DNA of 64,000 bases from Acidimicrobiia bacterium (GTDB taxonomy: Bacteria; Actinomycetota; Acidimicrobiia; Spongiisociales; ZC4RG35). The DNA lies in the NCBI GenBank assembly GCA_965215185.1, contig OZ244034.1, positions 3,040,001 through 3,104,000 of the forward strand, written 5' to 3'. The translations under genes and the position numbers were made by a program. Below, piece by piece: positions 31,204 to 41,389 of the stretch. The notes under the pieces were generated by a model, which saw only the letters and a program-made list of their open reading frames with translations, searched no databases and was not told the origin of the DNA. Positions within the stretch are counted from its first letter, which is position 1, and every line of letters starts with the position of its first letter.

Positions 31204-31674
31204 ATGACGGCCACCAACCTGTTCCACGTGGGGGTGCTGGTGCCCGACCTCGCCGAGGCGACAGCGCGGTTCACCGAAGTGCTGGGTCTCACCTTCAAAG
31301 ATCCGGCGGTCGCCCACGTCGATCGGTTCGAGCAGATGTCGCGGATGGAGCAACTCGACCTCCGCATCACGTGGTCCGTGGAGGGTCCGCCTCACCTGGA
31401 ATTACTCGAATCCCAGGACAACGACGGTCTGTACGGGCGGGCACGGGAGGGCCTGCACCACATAGGCCTGTGGGAGCCGGACCCCGAAACCCTCATCGAG
31501 CGGTTGCTGGGTCTCGGACTGAAGAAGGAGGCCACCCAGTACATGCCGGACGACCGGATCCTGGCCACCTACACCGAGCCGAACGAGTTGTACGGCACCC
31601 GCCTCGAGTTCATCGAAGCGGGCCGCCGTCCCGGTATGGAGGCCTGGCTGGCTGGGGAGGAATGGCTGGACTGA
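31204..31674 (+). CDS. VOC family protein (methylmalonyl-CoA epimerase-like fold)
   Basis: HVGVLVPDL, LELLE, GLHHIG, RLEF. Confidence 0.8.
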   Translation: MTATNLFHVGVLVPDLAEATARFTEVLGLTFKDPAVAHVDRFEQMSRMEQLDLRITWSVEGPPHLELLESQDNDGLYGRAREGLHHIGLWEPDPETLIERLLGLGLKKEATQYMPDDRILATYTEPNELYGTRLEFIEAGRRPGMEAWLAGEEWLD

Positions 31675-31765
31675 GTGTCGGAGGTCAGTGGCTGTGGCCG
31701 GTGGCCGGTTGAGTTGCCACCGCTCCACCAAGGGGTGAAACCAGAGCCTTTGCTGATGGTCGGAG

Positions 31766-32674
31766 TTGAAAGGAGTCCCTATCACTCTCTCTGAATCCGC
31801 GCCACCGTTCGACCTCACGGCGGGCCATTTCACCATCGCCGGTTCACCGGTGGGCGCCGGTTACGGGACCGCGTCACCGTGGCCCTTCGAGGTCCGGGTG
31901 GAGGCGGCCGCCGCGGCGGGATACCGCTCGATCGGGATGGGCGAGGCGGACTACTCGGGAATGCGGGCTGCGGGCATCTCCGACGATGAACTACTGGGCA
32001 TCCTCGACCGGCACGGGATCTGCGTGGCGGAGATCGAGTTCCTCTTCGATTGGATGCACGACGACGAGGCGGCCGGGATCCCGGCCACCATCGCCGAGAA
32101 CCTCTTCCACATGGCGGAGGTGTTCCGCCCCGATCACGTCAACATGGGGGACGTGAGGTTCCCGCCCGGCCGCCCGATGGACGTGGTAGCCGACCGTTTC
32201 GGCGCGGTGTGCGACCGGTTGGCGCCGTTCGGTGTCAAGGCGGCGATAGAGTTCATGCCGTGGACGTCGATCCCCGACCTCGACACGGCATGCGAGGTGA
32301 TCGAACGCGCCGGTCGAGACAATGCCGGGATAGATCTCGACACGTGGCACTACTTCCGCGGCCCGTCCCACCTCGGTCAGCTGGCCGGGGTCGATCCTTC
32401 CCTCATCCTGGCCGTGGCTCTGAACGACGCCGGCCCCCCGCTGGACGACATGGTTCTTGATACCAGCCGGCATCGTCTCCTGCCGGGGGAGGGTACCTTC
32501 GACCTGGGGGGCTTCCTCGTTGCGCTGGCTGAGACCGGCGCCCGGCCCCTGATGGGAGTGGAGGTCCTCTCCGATCGCCAGACCGCCCTGCATCCCTCGG
32601 AGGCGGCCCGGCTGTCCTTCGAAGCCGCTACCGAGGTCCTGCTGCGGGCGGGTTGGCCGGGAGGGACCGCATGA
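31766..32674 (+). CDS. Sugar phosphate isomerase/epimerase (TIM barrel)
   Basis: AIEFMP, DTWH, RLLPGEG, GVEV. Confidence 0.85.
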   Translation: MKGVPITLSESAPPFDLTAGHFTIAGSPVGAGYGTASPWPFEVRVEAAAAAGYRSIGMGEADYSGMRAAGISDDELLGILDRHGICVAEIEFLFDWMHDDEAAGIPATIAENLFHMAEVFRPDHVNMGDVRFPPGRPMDVVADRFGAVCDRLAPFGVKAAIEFMPWTSIPDLDTACEVIERAGRDNAGIDLDTWHYFRGPSHLGQLAGVDPSLILAVALNDAGPPLDDMVLDTSRHRLLPGEGTFDLGGFLVALAETGARPLMGVEVLSDRQTALHPSEAARLSFEAATEVLLRAGWPGGTA

Positions 32675-34185
32675 CCATGGCCACCGGCGCCCCCCTCCTG
32701 CATCTGTACTCGGTCTCGAAGTCCTTCGGTTCGATCAGGGCGCTCGATCGGGTCGACTTCGAGGTGCGCTCCGGTGAGGTAATGGCTCTGGTAGGCGAGA
32801 ACGGGGCCGGGAAGAGCACCCTCGTGAAGATCCTGGCCGGTATGTACACCCCCGACGAGGGGAGGATCAGCCTGGCGGGGGAAAATGTCGAGTTCAGCGG
32901 GGCCACCCGGTCGGAGCAGGCCGGCATCGCGGTGGTGCAACAGGAACTGTCGCTGGTCCCGACCCTCTCGGTCGCCGACAACATCTTCCTCGGTGATACC
33001 AGGCGAGGGTGGAGAGCCACCCCCCGCGCTCTCGCACAGGCCGCGGCGCCCTTCCTGGCCCAGGTCGGGCTGGGGGATCTCGACCCGCTGAGCCGGGTCG
33101 AGCGGCTCACCGTCGCCGAGCGCCAACTCATCGAGGTCGCCCGCCTCCTGGCGCGGGACGCACGGGTCCTGATCTTCGACGAGCCCACCGCGGCGCTGGC
33201 CGACCGTGAGATCGAACGGGTGAAGGCTGTGGTGCGCGCCCTCCAGTACCAGGGTTGCTCCATCATCTACGTCACCCATCGGCTGGATGAGGTGTTCGAG
33301 TTGGCGGACCGGGTCACCGTATTCCGCGACGGGCGCTCGATCCCTCCCGTTGCCACCGCCGACATCACCCTCGACGAGTTGATCTCGATGATGCTCGGCG
33401 GAAGCCTGGTGGCTCTCTTCCCCGACCGGGGCGACGTGGCGGCCGGCGATGTGGTGCTCGAGGTGCGGGACCTCCTCACCGAGGCCCTTGCCGTCCCGGT
33501 GAACCTCGACGTGCGTGCGGGTGAGATCGTGGGACTGGCCGGGCAGCTCGGCAGCGGCGCCAGCGACACGCTCCGGGCCATCGCCGGCCACGAGCCGCGG
33601 GTGTCGGGCAGCGTCACGGTGGCCGGCCGCCCGGTCCCACCCGACTCGCCCGCAGCCGCTATCCGCAGCGGAATCGGCTACAGCTCGTCGGACCGGAAGC
33701 GGGACGGGATATTCCTCCAGCGGACCGTGGTCGAGAACCTGACCTCCCCGAGCCTCGGCCTCGTGTCCACCGGGGGCTGGTTGAGCAGGCGGGCCGAACG
33801 GGCCATGAGCGACCGGATCGCCCGGACGTTCACGATCGACCGGGCCCGGCTCGGGTCGTTGGCCGGCACGCTCAGCGGAGGGAACCAGCAGAAGGTGGCG
33901 GTGGGCAAGTGGACCGGATCGCGGCCCCCGGTGTTGCTGGTCGATGAGCCGACCCGGGGCGTGGACGTCGGCGCCCGGGCCGAGATCTACAGCCATCTCC
34001 GGTCCATCGCCGACGACGGCATGGCCATCGTCATCGCCACGTCCGACACCCAGGAGGTGCTAGGGATAGCGGACACCGTGGTCGCCTACTTCCGGGGCGC
34101 TCAGGTGAGCATGCGGGACCGGGACGGTACCAACTCGAGGCTTCTCACCCGTGAGATCACCCATCCGCAGGAGGCCGGGTCGTGA
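32671..34185 (+). CDS. Sugar ABC ATP-binding protein (RbsA-like, two domains)
   Basis: GENGAGKST, DEPT, LSGGNQQK, DEPTRGVDVG. Confidence 0.93.
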   Translation: MTMATGAPLLHLYSVSKSFGSIRALDRVDFEVRSGEVMALVGENGAGKSTLVKILAGMYTPDEGRISLAGENVEFSGATRSEQAGIAVVQQELSLVPTLSVADNIFLGDTRRGWRATPRALAQAAAPFLAQVGLGDLDPLSRVERLTVAERQLIEVARLLARDARVLIFDEPTAALADREIERVKAVVRALQYQGCSIIYVTHRLDEVFELADRVTVFRDGRSIPPVATADITLDELISMMLGGSLVALFPDRGDVAAGDVVLEVRDLLTEALAVPVNLDVRAGEIVGLAGQLGSGASDTLRAIAGHEPRVSGSVTVAGRPVPPDSPAAAIRSGIGYSSSDRKRDGIFLQRTVVENLTSPSLGLVSTGGWLSRRAERAMSDRIARTFTIDRARLGSLAGTLSGGNQQKVAVGKWTGSRPPVLLVDEPTRGVDVGARAEIYSHLRSIADDGMAIVIATSDTQEVLGIADTVVAYFRGAQVSMRDRDGTNSRLLTREITHPQEAGS

Positions 34186-35159
34186 CCGGCGGTGACGCCG
34201 CCCTCGACAGAGCCGGCGCCCCGCCCCGCTCGATGGTCGTCCCGCTGGCCGTGCTGGGTGCGGTGGTGACGCTGGGGGTGGTGGGATGGATCACCACACC
34301 CGAGTTCATCACCTACCGGAACTTCCAGAGCATTGTGCGGGCGGCGGCCCTCATCGGGATTATCGCGGTGACGATGACCCTGATCACGATCGCCGGCAGC
34401 TTCTTCTCGCTGTCCGTCTCCCAGACTGCCGCCATGTCGGCGATTTCCTTCGCCGCCTTCCTGAGTTGGGGATGGCCGGTCTGGGTGGCGCTCGTCTCGG
34501 TGATACTGCTGGCCACGGCCGTCGGTGTGCTGCAGGGCGGTGCGGTCGCCCTCGGTGGCAACCCCATCGTGGTCACGCTGGCGGTGGGGGCGGTGATCTT
34601 CGGGATGGTGGCCTGGCTGACGGACAACAAGACGATGCGGACCGGCACCGACGCGGCCGAGTGGATAGGTAAGTCCCGCCCGCTGGAGATTCCCATTCAG
34701 ACGTGGGCCTTCGTAGTGATCACCGCGGCGACCGCTATCGCGCTCACCCGGACCAGGTTCGGCCGTGAGGTGGCCCTCGTGGGCGCCAACCGTTTCGCGG
34801 CCATCACCGCCGGCCTCCGGCCCGGGCGCATCGCTGTCTACGTCTTTGTGGTGTCGTCGCTCGGTGCGGCCCTGGCCGGGATCTTCACCGCCGCTCAGTT
34901 CAGCCAGGGGCGCCTCGACTACTTCGACGGGGTCGACATCGACGCCATCGCCGCCATCCTGGTGGGTGGCGCCGCCATCCAGGGAGGGGAGGGCTCGGCC
35001 ACCCGGACCGCGCTCGGGGCGGTCTTCATCGCCGCCCTCCAGAATCTGATGGTTCTGCGGGGGTTCAGCTTCGGGGTGAGGGTGTTCTTCGCCGGTCTGG
35101 CCATCCTCGTGAGCGTGAGTGCGTTCACCCTCATCCGCAACCGGAGGCGGCTGGCATGA
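34182..35159 (+). CDS. Sugar ABC permease
   Basis: TRFGR...G.N, IAAILVGG...GG.G. Confidence 0.9.
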   Translation: MTGGDAALDRAGAPPRSMVVPLAVLGAVVTLGVVGWITTPEFITYRNFQSIVRAAALIGIIAVTMTLITIAGSFFSLSVSQTAAMSAISFAAFLSWGWPVWVALVSVILLATAVGVLQGGAVALGGNPIVVTLAVGAVIFGMVAWLTDNKTMRTGTDAAEWIGKSRPLEIPIQTWAFVVITAATAIALTRTRFGREVALVGANRFAAITAGLRPGRIAVYVFVVSSLGAALAGIFTAAQFSQGRLDYFDGVDIDAIAAILVGGAAIQGGEGSATRTALGAVFIAALQNLMVLRGFSFGVRVFFAGLAILVSVSAFTLIRNRRRLA

Positions 35160-36157
35160 GGCGGCCGGCGGCGCGAGTCGAGACGATCACGTGGGCCCGC
35201 CTGGCGTTGTTCGTGGGCGTGTTCGTGGTCTTCGCCATTGCTGACCGGCGTTTCGCCGCAGCCAACAACATCTTCACGATCTTCGAAGGTTTCGCCTGGC
35301 TGGGACTCGCCGCGCTGGCGGTCGGATTGACCATCATCGCCGGCGAACTCGACCTCTCGGTCGGCTCGGTGGCTGCCGTCGCGGGGATCGTTGCCGTTTC
35401 CGTGGTCGAGGACATCGGCCTGGTCGCGGCGGTGGTGGTGGCGACCCTCCTCGGCCTCGCGTTCGGGGCCGCCCAGGGATACCTGATCCACCGGCTGAAG
35501 ATCCACTCGCTGGTGTTCACCCTCGGGACGCTGATCGGGTTGCGGGGCCTAGCCTTCATGATCTCGGGAGAGAACACCGTAGTCATGAAGAACCTCGACA
35601 TCGCCGACGCGGTCCGCCACCAGCTCTGGATCTTCTCGCCCTTCAGCCTGGTGACGATCCTCGTGTTCGCCCTTGTCGGCCTGTTCCTCGTATACACCCG
35701 GTTCGGTCGGGAGATCTTCGCCATTGGAGGCGGGCGCCAGGAGGCGGCCGCGGCCGGCGTTCCGCTGGTACGTCCCCTGGTGCTGACCTTCGCCCTGTCC
35801 GGGTCCATGGCGGCCCTCGCCGGTGCGCTCACCTCGATCAAGTCGGGGAGCGCCGGGCCGGCCGCCTTCCAACAGCTGCTCCTTCCGGCGGCCACCGCGG
35901 CCCTGATCGGCGGGGTCAGCCTGCTGGGCGGCAAGGGTTCCGTCTACGGGATCGCCGTCGGGACGCTCACGCTGCGGTTCATCACCAGCGGGTTGAGTCT
36001 GGGAGGCGCGCCGTTCTACGTTCTGACGCTGGCCACGGGGGCGGTCCTCATCGTGGTGGTGGTGCTCGAACTGGTCGTCGAGCGGCCGGCGGTGCGGGCC
36101 GGGCTGCGGCGATGGCGGACTCGCCGGCGCGCCCAGGCGCGAGGTCAGCCGGGGTGA
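35156..36157 (+). CDS. Sugar ABC permease
   Basis: GELDLSVGS, TRFGR, IGGVSLLGGKG. Confidence 0.9.
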   Translation: MRRPAARVETITWARLALFVGVFVVFAIADRRFAAANNIFTIFEGFAWLGLAALAVGLTIIAGELDLSVGSVAAVAGIVAVSVVEDIGLVAAVVVATLLGLAFGAAQGYLIHRLKIHSLVFTLGTLIGLRGLAFMISGENTVVMKNLDIADAVRHQLWIFSPFSLVTILVFALVGLFLVYTRFGREIFAIGGGRQEAAAAGVPLVRPLVLTFALSGSMAALAGALTSIKSGSAGPAAFQQLLLPAATAALIGGVSLLGGKGSVYGIAVGTLTLRFITSGLSLGGAPFYVLTLATGAVLIVVVVLELVVERPAVRAGLRRWRTRRRAQARGQPG

Positions 36158-36912
36158 TACACGATCTGGGGATCACGAATATGTCCGTGCGGGCGCCGGA
36201 CCGGGTAGTCATGGGTCCGGGGGCCTTCGACGATCCCCGGATGCTGATATCGGTGGGTGTGCTCGGCAAGGGGGACTCGGTGGCGCCGCGGCCGTCCGGG
36301 CCCGGCCGGGAAGAGGTATGGATCGTCCTGGATCCCGGAGTGGAGACCCTCGGGGCCGGCGTCTCCGCGCTACGCCGCGAGCCGGGTATCCTGGCCGGCT
36401 TCTCGGGGTCGGTGCACGGGCTGGCCAACCCGGGTACCACTCCCATTCGCTACATACGAGTAGCCATGGGCGATGCTCTCACCGAGGACATCCCCGTAGC
36501 GGCACCGGCGGACCCGGAATGGGAACCGCTCGATCAAATTCGGCTGGAGGCCACCAAAGCCCACGACGGTATGGGCGAGATCCGGTTCCGGAGATTGTGG
36601 GACGAGGAGCGGTTCGCCACCCCCTGGGGGTTCGTCGATCACGCGGTTGTCGATTCGGGAACTTCGGTCGGGTATCACCGCCACGATACGGTCCAGGAGT
36701 GCTACCTCATCCTCGACGGGACCGGCATCATGAAGGTCGACGACACCGTTTTCGAAGTGGGGCCCGGCGGCTGCGTCCCCAACCGCCTGGGAGGTTGCCA
36801 CGGTCTCGTGGCCCATCGGGAACCGGTGGAGTTCATCAACCTGGCCCTCTACACGGAGGGTCGTTTCGACGTGACCGACCTGGGCGACGATCTGTCAGGC
36901 TGCCTGCCGTAG
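36154..36912 (+). CDS. Cupin domain protein
   Basis: GYHRHDTVQECYLILDG ... HGL cupin motifs. Confidence 0.75.
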   Translation: MIHDLGITNMSVRAPDRVVMGPGAFDDPRMLISVGVLGKGDSVAPRPSGPGREEVWIVLDPGVETLGAGVSALRREPGILAGFSGSVHGLANPGTTPIRYIRVAMGDALTEDIPVAAPADPEWEPLDQIRLEATKAHDGMGEIRFRRLWDEERFATPWGFVDHAVVDSGTSVGYHRHDTVQECYLILDGTGIMKVDDTVFEVGPGGCVPNRLGGCHGLVAHREPVEFINLALYTEGRFDVTDLGDDLSGCLP

Positions 36913-37757
36913 TCGCATCGACCGGGAACTCCTATGTCTCGTGCCGTCCGGCCGGGGGTGTGCGGGTAGGCGCCGGACCCGGGGAACGAGCCTGGTGACG
37001 GTTGGTTGGTTCGTGGCGACGACCAGGGATCGGACAGGCTGAATCTGGCCCGGGGAGTGGGCGATGCAGACCCCTCCGGCGGCTCATCCTCGGGGTGGCG
37101 TCACCAGATCGCGAAAAACGCCGCCGCCGACCTCTCCGCCGGGCCCACCCCCACCACCACCCAGCCAGGTCTCAGAGCGCGTTCTCCCCGCCCCCGGTGG
37201 GCTGTCCTATGCCGCGATTCGTGATCCCACGGGCGGTCGAAGGACATCCGGTTCGACACCGCCCAGGTGTTTGGTACTTCCATTGTGCAACATGGTCGTG
37301 ACAGGATCAACCCCCTCGCGCGAGCAGGGTTCTCTCGAGTCGGCCTCCCGTCTGCCAGGGCCCTTTCAGGCGAGTACTCAAGACCGGGTGAAATGGTTGG
37401 GCCACCGTCCGGTGACCTGGCATTTTGGCATCGACGGTCGGGCCAACCGGCCCGGCGGGTCTTGACACCCTGCCAGTCCCGTACCGGTCGAACGAGACCG
37501 GCAACGAAGGCTCTGATGTGCCTGGCCGCCCCGAGCGGAGGGTGTTGATGTGCTACGAACAGTTGCCGCAATGACGACGGCGGGCCGGAGCCGGCCGAAC
37601 CCGGCGGTCTTGGGAGAGCGGTTGCGTGCCGTTAGTGTGACCGGGCTTCGCAATGCCGAAGCGGTCGAGGAGGTGCGGCTGTAAACCAGGTGCCGCAGGA
37701 CCCGCCGACCGGCTCCGGTCTTCGTGTCCATGCTGTTCGAGATAGGGGAGTGGCGGG

Positions 37758-38540
37758 TTGCAACGTCCTGATCAAGACGGATCGCGGTCTCGGGGTCATG
37801 CCTCGGCCGGTGCGCTACGGGATCCGGCCGCCCGGATAGCGGGCGGGTTGTTGCTCCTGACCGCACTGGCAACGGTTGCCATGGTGGTCGGCCGGGTCGG
37901 CTCCGGCGCGGATGAACCCACGCTTGCCGAATCCCTCACCTCCATATCGCGGAGCCAGGGCCTGTACACGCTGAGCGGCGCCGGTCGGCTGCTCTCGGGG
38001 ATCACCTTGATCACCGCGGCCCGGTACCTCTCCAGAACACGGATCATCAAGGAACGGTACGCCTCCTCGCTCACGCCGGCCTTCTTCTCGGTGTCGGGCG
38101 TCTTCACCGCAGTGTCGGGCGCGCTGGCGATCGCCCTGGCGGTGCTGGCATCCGATGTCGCTCTGCTCGGTGCCGGATCGCCCACCTACTCCCTGGCTGA
38201 GACGACGGCGGACATCAGGTGGCTCACCGGCAAGATCGGCTTCGCGGCAGCCGGGCTGGCGTTACTCCTCATATCCCGGTACCCATGGCGGGTCGGGGGT
38301 CCACTCCGATACGTCGCGCCCTCGTCGTCGGTGGTCGGAGCTGCCATGCAGTTCATCTGGGTCGACTCCGCACCCGTCGCCCACCCGGTCGTAGGCGCCG
38401 CCTTCCTCCTCTGGCTGGTCGCCGTCGGGTGGATGCTCCTGACCGGCCGGGCCGAGGAGCAGCTGCTGTTCATGGATACGCAGTCCGGCCGTGACGCTCC
38501 CCCCGGAGGGGGAGTGCACACCGGCGGTGATGGGAGGTAG
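37758..38540 (+). CDS. Hypothetical membrane protein
   Basis: Several hydrophobic segments. Confidence 0.6.
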   Translation: MQRPDQDGSRSRGHASAGALRDPAARIAGGLLLLTALATVAMVVGRVGSGADEPTLAESLTSISRSQGLYTLSGAGRLLSGITLITAARYLSRTRIIKERYASSLTPAFFSVSGVFTAVSGALAIALAVLASDVALLGAGSPTYSLAETTADIRWLTGKIGFAAAGLALLLISRYPWRVGGPLRYVAPSSSVVGAAMQFIWVDSAPVAHPVVGAAFLLWLVAVGWMLLTGRAEEQLLFMDTQSGRDAPPGGGVHTGGDGR

Positions 38541-38925
38541 CGCTTTGTTGAGGGTCGTGGGCATCTACAACGCGGACGGCGGGTTGTCGGGCGAACTGCG
38601 TTACGTCGTGGGCAAGGTGGCGGGCCGAAGCGACTGCGGGTTGTGCGATCTCACCCATGGCTGGAACGCGTTCGGGAAGCGGTCCTGGCGCGAGGCCTGC
38701 CGGGCGAGCCCCGTTCCCCTTGAGTTGATCCACCGCAACAAGGCAACCCCGTCACAGTTGGCCGCGGCCGGATCTCTCCCGGTCGTGCTGGTGGGGGAGG
38801 AGGGAGCGTGGCGCCGCGCGGCGGACGCCGACCTGATTCGCTCGCTGCGCAAGGAACCGGCCCGCCTCCTGGACCACCTGGAGAAGGTGATCGCCGGCGG
38901 GCGTCAGGAGAATGCCGAACAATGA
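38530..38925 (+). CDS. Conserved hypothetical protein with CxxC
   Basis: GIYNADGG..GEL...CGLCDLTHG. Confidence 0.65.
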   Translation: MGGSALLRVVGIYNADGGLSGELRYVVGKVAGRSDCGLCDLTHGWNAFGKRSWREACRASPVPLELIHRNKATPSQLAAAGSLPVVLVGEEGAWRRAADADLIRSLRKEPARLLDHLEKVIAGGRQENAEQ

Positions 38926-39063
38926 CGATTGCTGTCGGCCCGCTGCCCGCTGACCAGGTAGTTCCTGGTTGAACAACCCCCCGTTGGCCCGACGGTCGAT
39001 GACAGAATGCCACGTCAACAGACGGCGGGTCAACCATTCACCCGTTCTCATTCAGTACCCTCC
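38907..39063. mobile_element. Small MITE-like element (family B)
   Basis: Shares 26 bp with 14456; imperfect inverted ends GGAGAATGCCGAACAA / TTCAGTACCCTCC. Confidence 0.5.
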
Positions 39064-39174
39064 CAGAACCGGTCGCCACCCTCGGCAGGCGTACGAGGTT
39101 GGAGGAGAACGCGCCTGCGCCGCGGCCCGTGTCAGTTCCCCCGGGTATGTATATACGTCATCCGCGAGATCGTT

Positions 39175-39843
39175 TCAAGCCCCTTGTAGCTGGTCGGGGG
39201 GGCCTGCCCACCGGCGGGCGCGTTCGAGGAGATCGATCACCTGGCTGTCCGGAGTGGCCCGGAAGTCGGCGTAGAACATCCCGATGGCGGAGAAGCGCCT
39301 GGGCATGGACACGGCCACGAACTCGTCGGCGGCACTCTCGAAGATGGACGGGGCGTCTCGGGGCGCCACGGGAGTAGCCATGACGATGCGAGCCGCGCCC
39401 TGCCGTCGGGCGATGGGGCAGGCAGCCAGGGCGGTCGATCCGGTGGCGATCCCGTCGTCGACGATCACGGCGGTTTTCCCCTTCAGATCCACCGATGGGC
39501 GGCCGGCCCGGAACAACCCGGCCTGGCGGGCTATTTCCCGGCGCTCACGCTGCTCCACCCGATCTATCTGGTCGGGACCGATTCGCAGGTGCTTCACGCG
39601 GTCCTCGTCGATGATCCTGATCCCGCCTTCGCCGATGGCGCCCATGGCCAGTTCCGGCTGGACGGGCACGCCGAGCTTGCGCACCAGCAGTACTTCGAGA
39701 GGTGCGGATAGCTCGCGGGCCACCTCGAAACCGACCGGAACGCCGCCCCGAGGGAGTCCCAGGATGACCGCGGGCTCTTCCCGCAGGTGACCGAGCAGGC
39801 CGGCCAGCTTACGTCCGGCGTGGGCCCGGTTCATGAATCGCAT
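39175..39843 (-). CDS. Phosphoribosyltransferase family protein
   Basis: LGLPRGGVPV and the VIVDDGIATGST PRPP loop. Confidence 0.9.
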   Translation of the reverse strand: MRFMNRAHAGRKLAGLLGHLREEPAVILGLPRGGVPVGFEVARELSAPLEVLLVRKLGVPVQPELAMGAIGEGGIRIIDEDRVKHLRIGPDQIDRVEQRERREIARQAGLFRAGRPSVDLKGKTAVIVDDGIATGSTALAACPIARRQGAARIVMATPVAPRDAPSIFESAADEFVAVSMPRRFSAIGMFYADFRATPDSQVIDLLERARRWAGPPDQLQGA

Positions 39844-39854
39844 AGCACCTCCTC

Positions 39855-40020
39855 GTGATCTGTCTGCAAAATGATCCGGCGTGCCCTGCTCGCCATCGAC
39901 GGCCCTCGGTTGCGTTCCGCCTCCTCGGCGTATGCTACGGGTACGCCTAAGTCAGCGGGCCTTGCGAGGAACTCCGCTGCCGGTGCATGCCACACACCTC
40001 TACTCCACAGACAGACCACT
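39855..40020. mobile_element. MITE family A copy
   Basis: Ends GTGATCTGTCTGCA / CAGACAGACCACT; about 110 bp homologous to 25216-25326. Confidence 0.7.
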
Positions 40021-40127
40021 GCTCCCGGACCGATTGTGCCAGGCGCCGGTGCGGTGCGGGGCCGGGAGATGTACGCGGTTTTCCCCGCCACATTGAAGTG
40101 GAGCCAGTAAATCGGTACGGTGGCGGG

Positions 40128-41204
40128 ATGTCTGACTTTCTGGTTGCGCAAGCGGTGACCGACACGTGCGGTGCCGATCCGGGGGCTGTCTGCAGCCTGA
40201 TACTCGACCTCAGCGGGAACTCGCAAGCGGCGCGCATCGCCGACCTCGCGGCCCGGCCGATCAAGGTCGTGCTCATCCTCGTGGTGGCGTGGATCGTCAA
40301 CCGGCTCGTCCGTCGATGGCTGGACCGGGCTGTCGAAGGTTGGCTGACCCGGCGGGCGGAAGCCGCCGCGGAGGCCCGCGAGATATCGGACGAGGCTTCG
40401 GGCCGGATCGACGAGCTACGCGAGGCCGCGCTACGGCGGGCCCGTCGCATGGTCGAGAAGCAGGAACGGGCCGGCCAACGTACCAGGACGCTCGGGGCGC
40501 TCCTCCGCTCCGTAGCCTCCGTCGCCATATACGGGTTGGCAGTGATGATGGCCCTAGGGGAGTTCGACGTGAACCTGGGTCCGCTGATCGCCGGGGCCGG
40601 GATCCTCGGCGTGGCCCTCGGCTTCGGCGCCAAGAGCCTGGTCCAGGACTTCCTGTCCGGAATCTTCATGCTTCTGGAGGACCAGTACGGGGTGGGCGAC
40701 GTTGTGGACGTCGGTGATACGGCCGGGGTCGTGGAGGAGGTCAAGCTCCGCACCACCCAGGTCCGTGACATCAACGGCACCCTCTGGCACATCCCGAACG
40801 GGGCGATCCGCCGGGTCGCCAACATGACACAGGACTGGGGACGGGTGGTGCTGGATCTCGACGTGGCTTACGACACCGACATTGCCGCGGCGACGACCGT
40901 GATCAAGGAAGTCGCGGACGCGGTGTGGCACGAGCAGCTGCCCTACGCGACCATCACCGAGGAGCCCATGATCGCGGGCGTCCAGAGTCTCGGCGACAGC
41001 GCCATCTCCATCCGCCTGATGGCCAGGACGGAACCGGGGGAGCACTTCGCCGCTGCCCGGGAACTGCGAGGACGGATCAAGGATGCCTTCGACGAGGCCG
41101 GGATCGAGATCCCCTTCCCGCAACGCACGGTGTGGATGCGGACCGATCAGCCCGCGGCCGAGCCAGGCATCGAAATGGCGCGGGATCGCGAGGGGAAGTT
41201 CTAG
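40128..41204 (+). CDS. Small-conductance mechanosensitive channel (MscS family)
   Basis: GVALGFGAKSLVQDFLSG, VGDVV, IPNG, GIEIPFPQR. Confidence 0.92.
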   Translation: MSDFLVAQAVTDTCGADPGAVCSLILDLSGNSQAARIADLAARPIKVVLILVVAWIVNRLVRRWLDRAVEGWLTRRAEAAAEAREISDEASGRIDELREAALRRARRMVEKQERAGQRTRTLGALLRSVASVAIYGLAVMMALGEFDVNLGPLIAGAGILGVALGFGAKSLVQDFLSGIFMLLEDQYGVGDVVDVGDTAGVVEEVKLRTTQVRDINGTLWHIPNGAIRRVANMTQDWGRVVLDLDVAYDTDIAAATTVIKEVADAVWHEQLPYATITEEPMIAGVQSLGDSAISIRLMARTEPGEHFAAARELRGRIKDAFDEAGIEIPFPQRTVWMRTDQPAAEPGIEMARDREGKF

Positions 41205-41274
41205 TGGTCTGCCTGTGAAATGGCGTCGTGTCATGGCAAGCAGGGCACGGCAAGTTGTCTTGCATACAGACCAC
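41203..41274. mobile_element. Minimal MITE family A copy (two ends only)
   Basis: AGTGGTCTGCCTGTGAAATGGCG is the reverse complement of the 25326 end; GCACGGCAAGTTGTCTTGCATACAGACCAC is the reverse complement of the 23415 end. Confidence 0.65.
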
Positions 41275-41389
41275 CGGCGGCAATTTTCCCACTGTCCGCT
41301 GAGAACGGGCTGCGGGATGACCTGGCGTGCCGGAGCGGGTTAAGGTTCTCTCCTGTGGAGATGCCCTCCCGTCATCGCGAAAGGACGGT

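Noticed and set aside
25163-33996. Long antisense ORFs (e.g. 25163-26686, 27383-28645, 30049-31395, 32377-33996)
   Set aside because: Typical high-GC antisense shadows of well-supported plus-strand genes.
36913-37757. Long GC-rich intergenic region with several short ORFs
   Set aside because: No recognisable protein or RNA motif, so no call can be supported.
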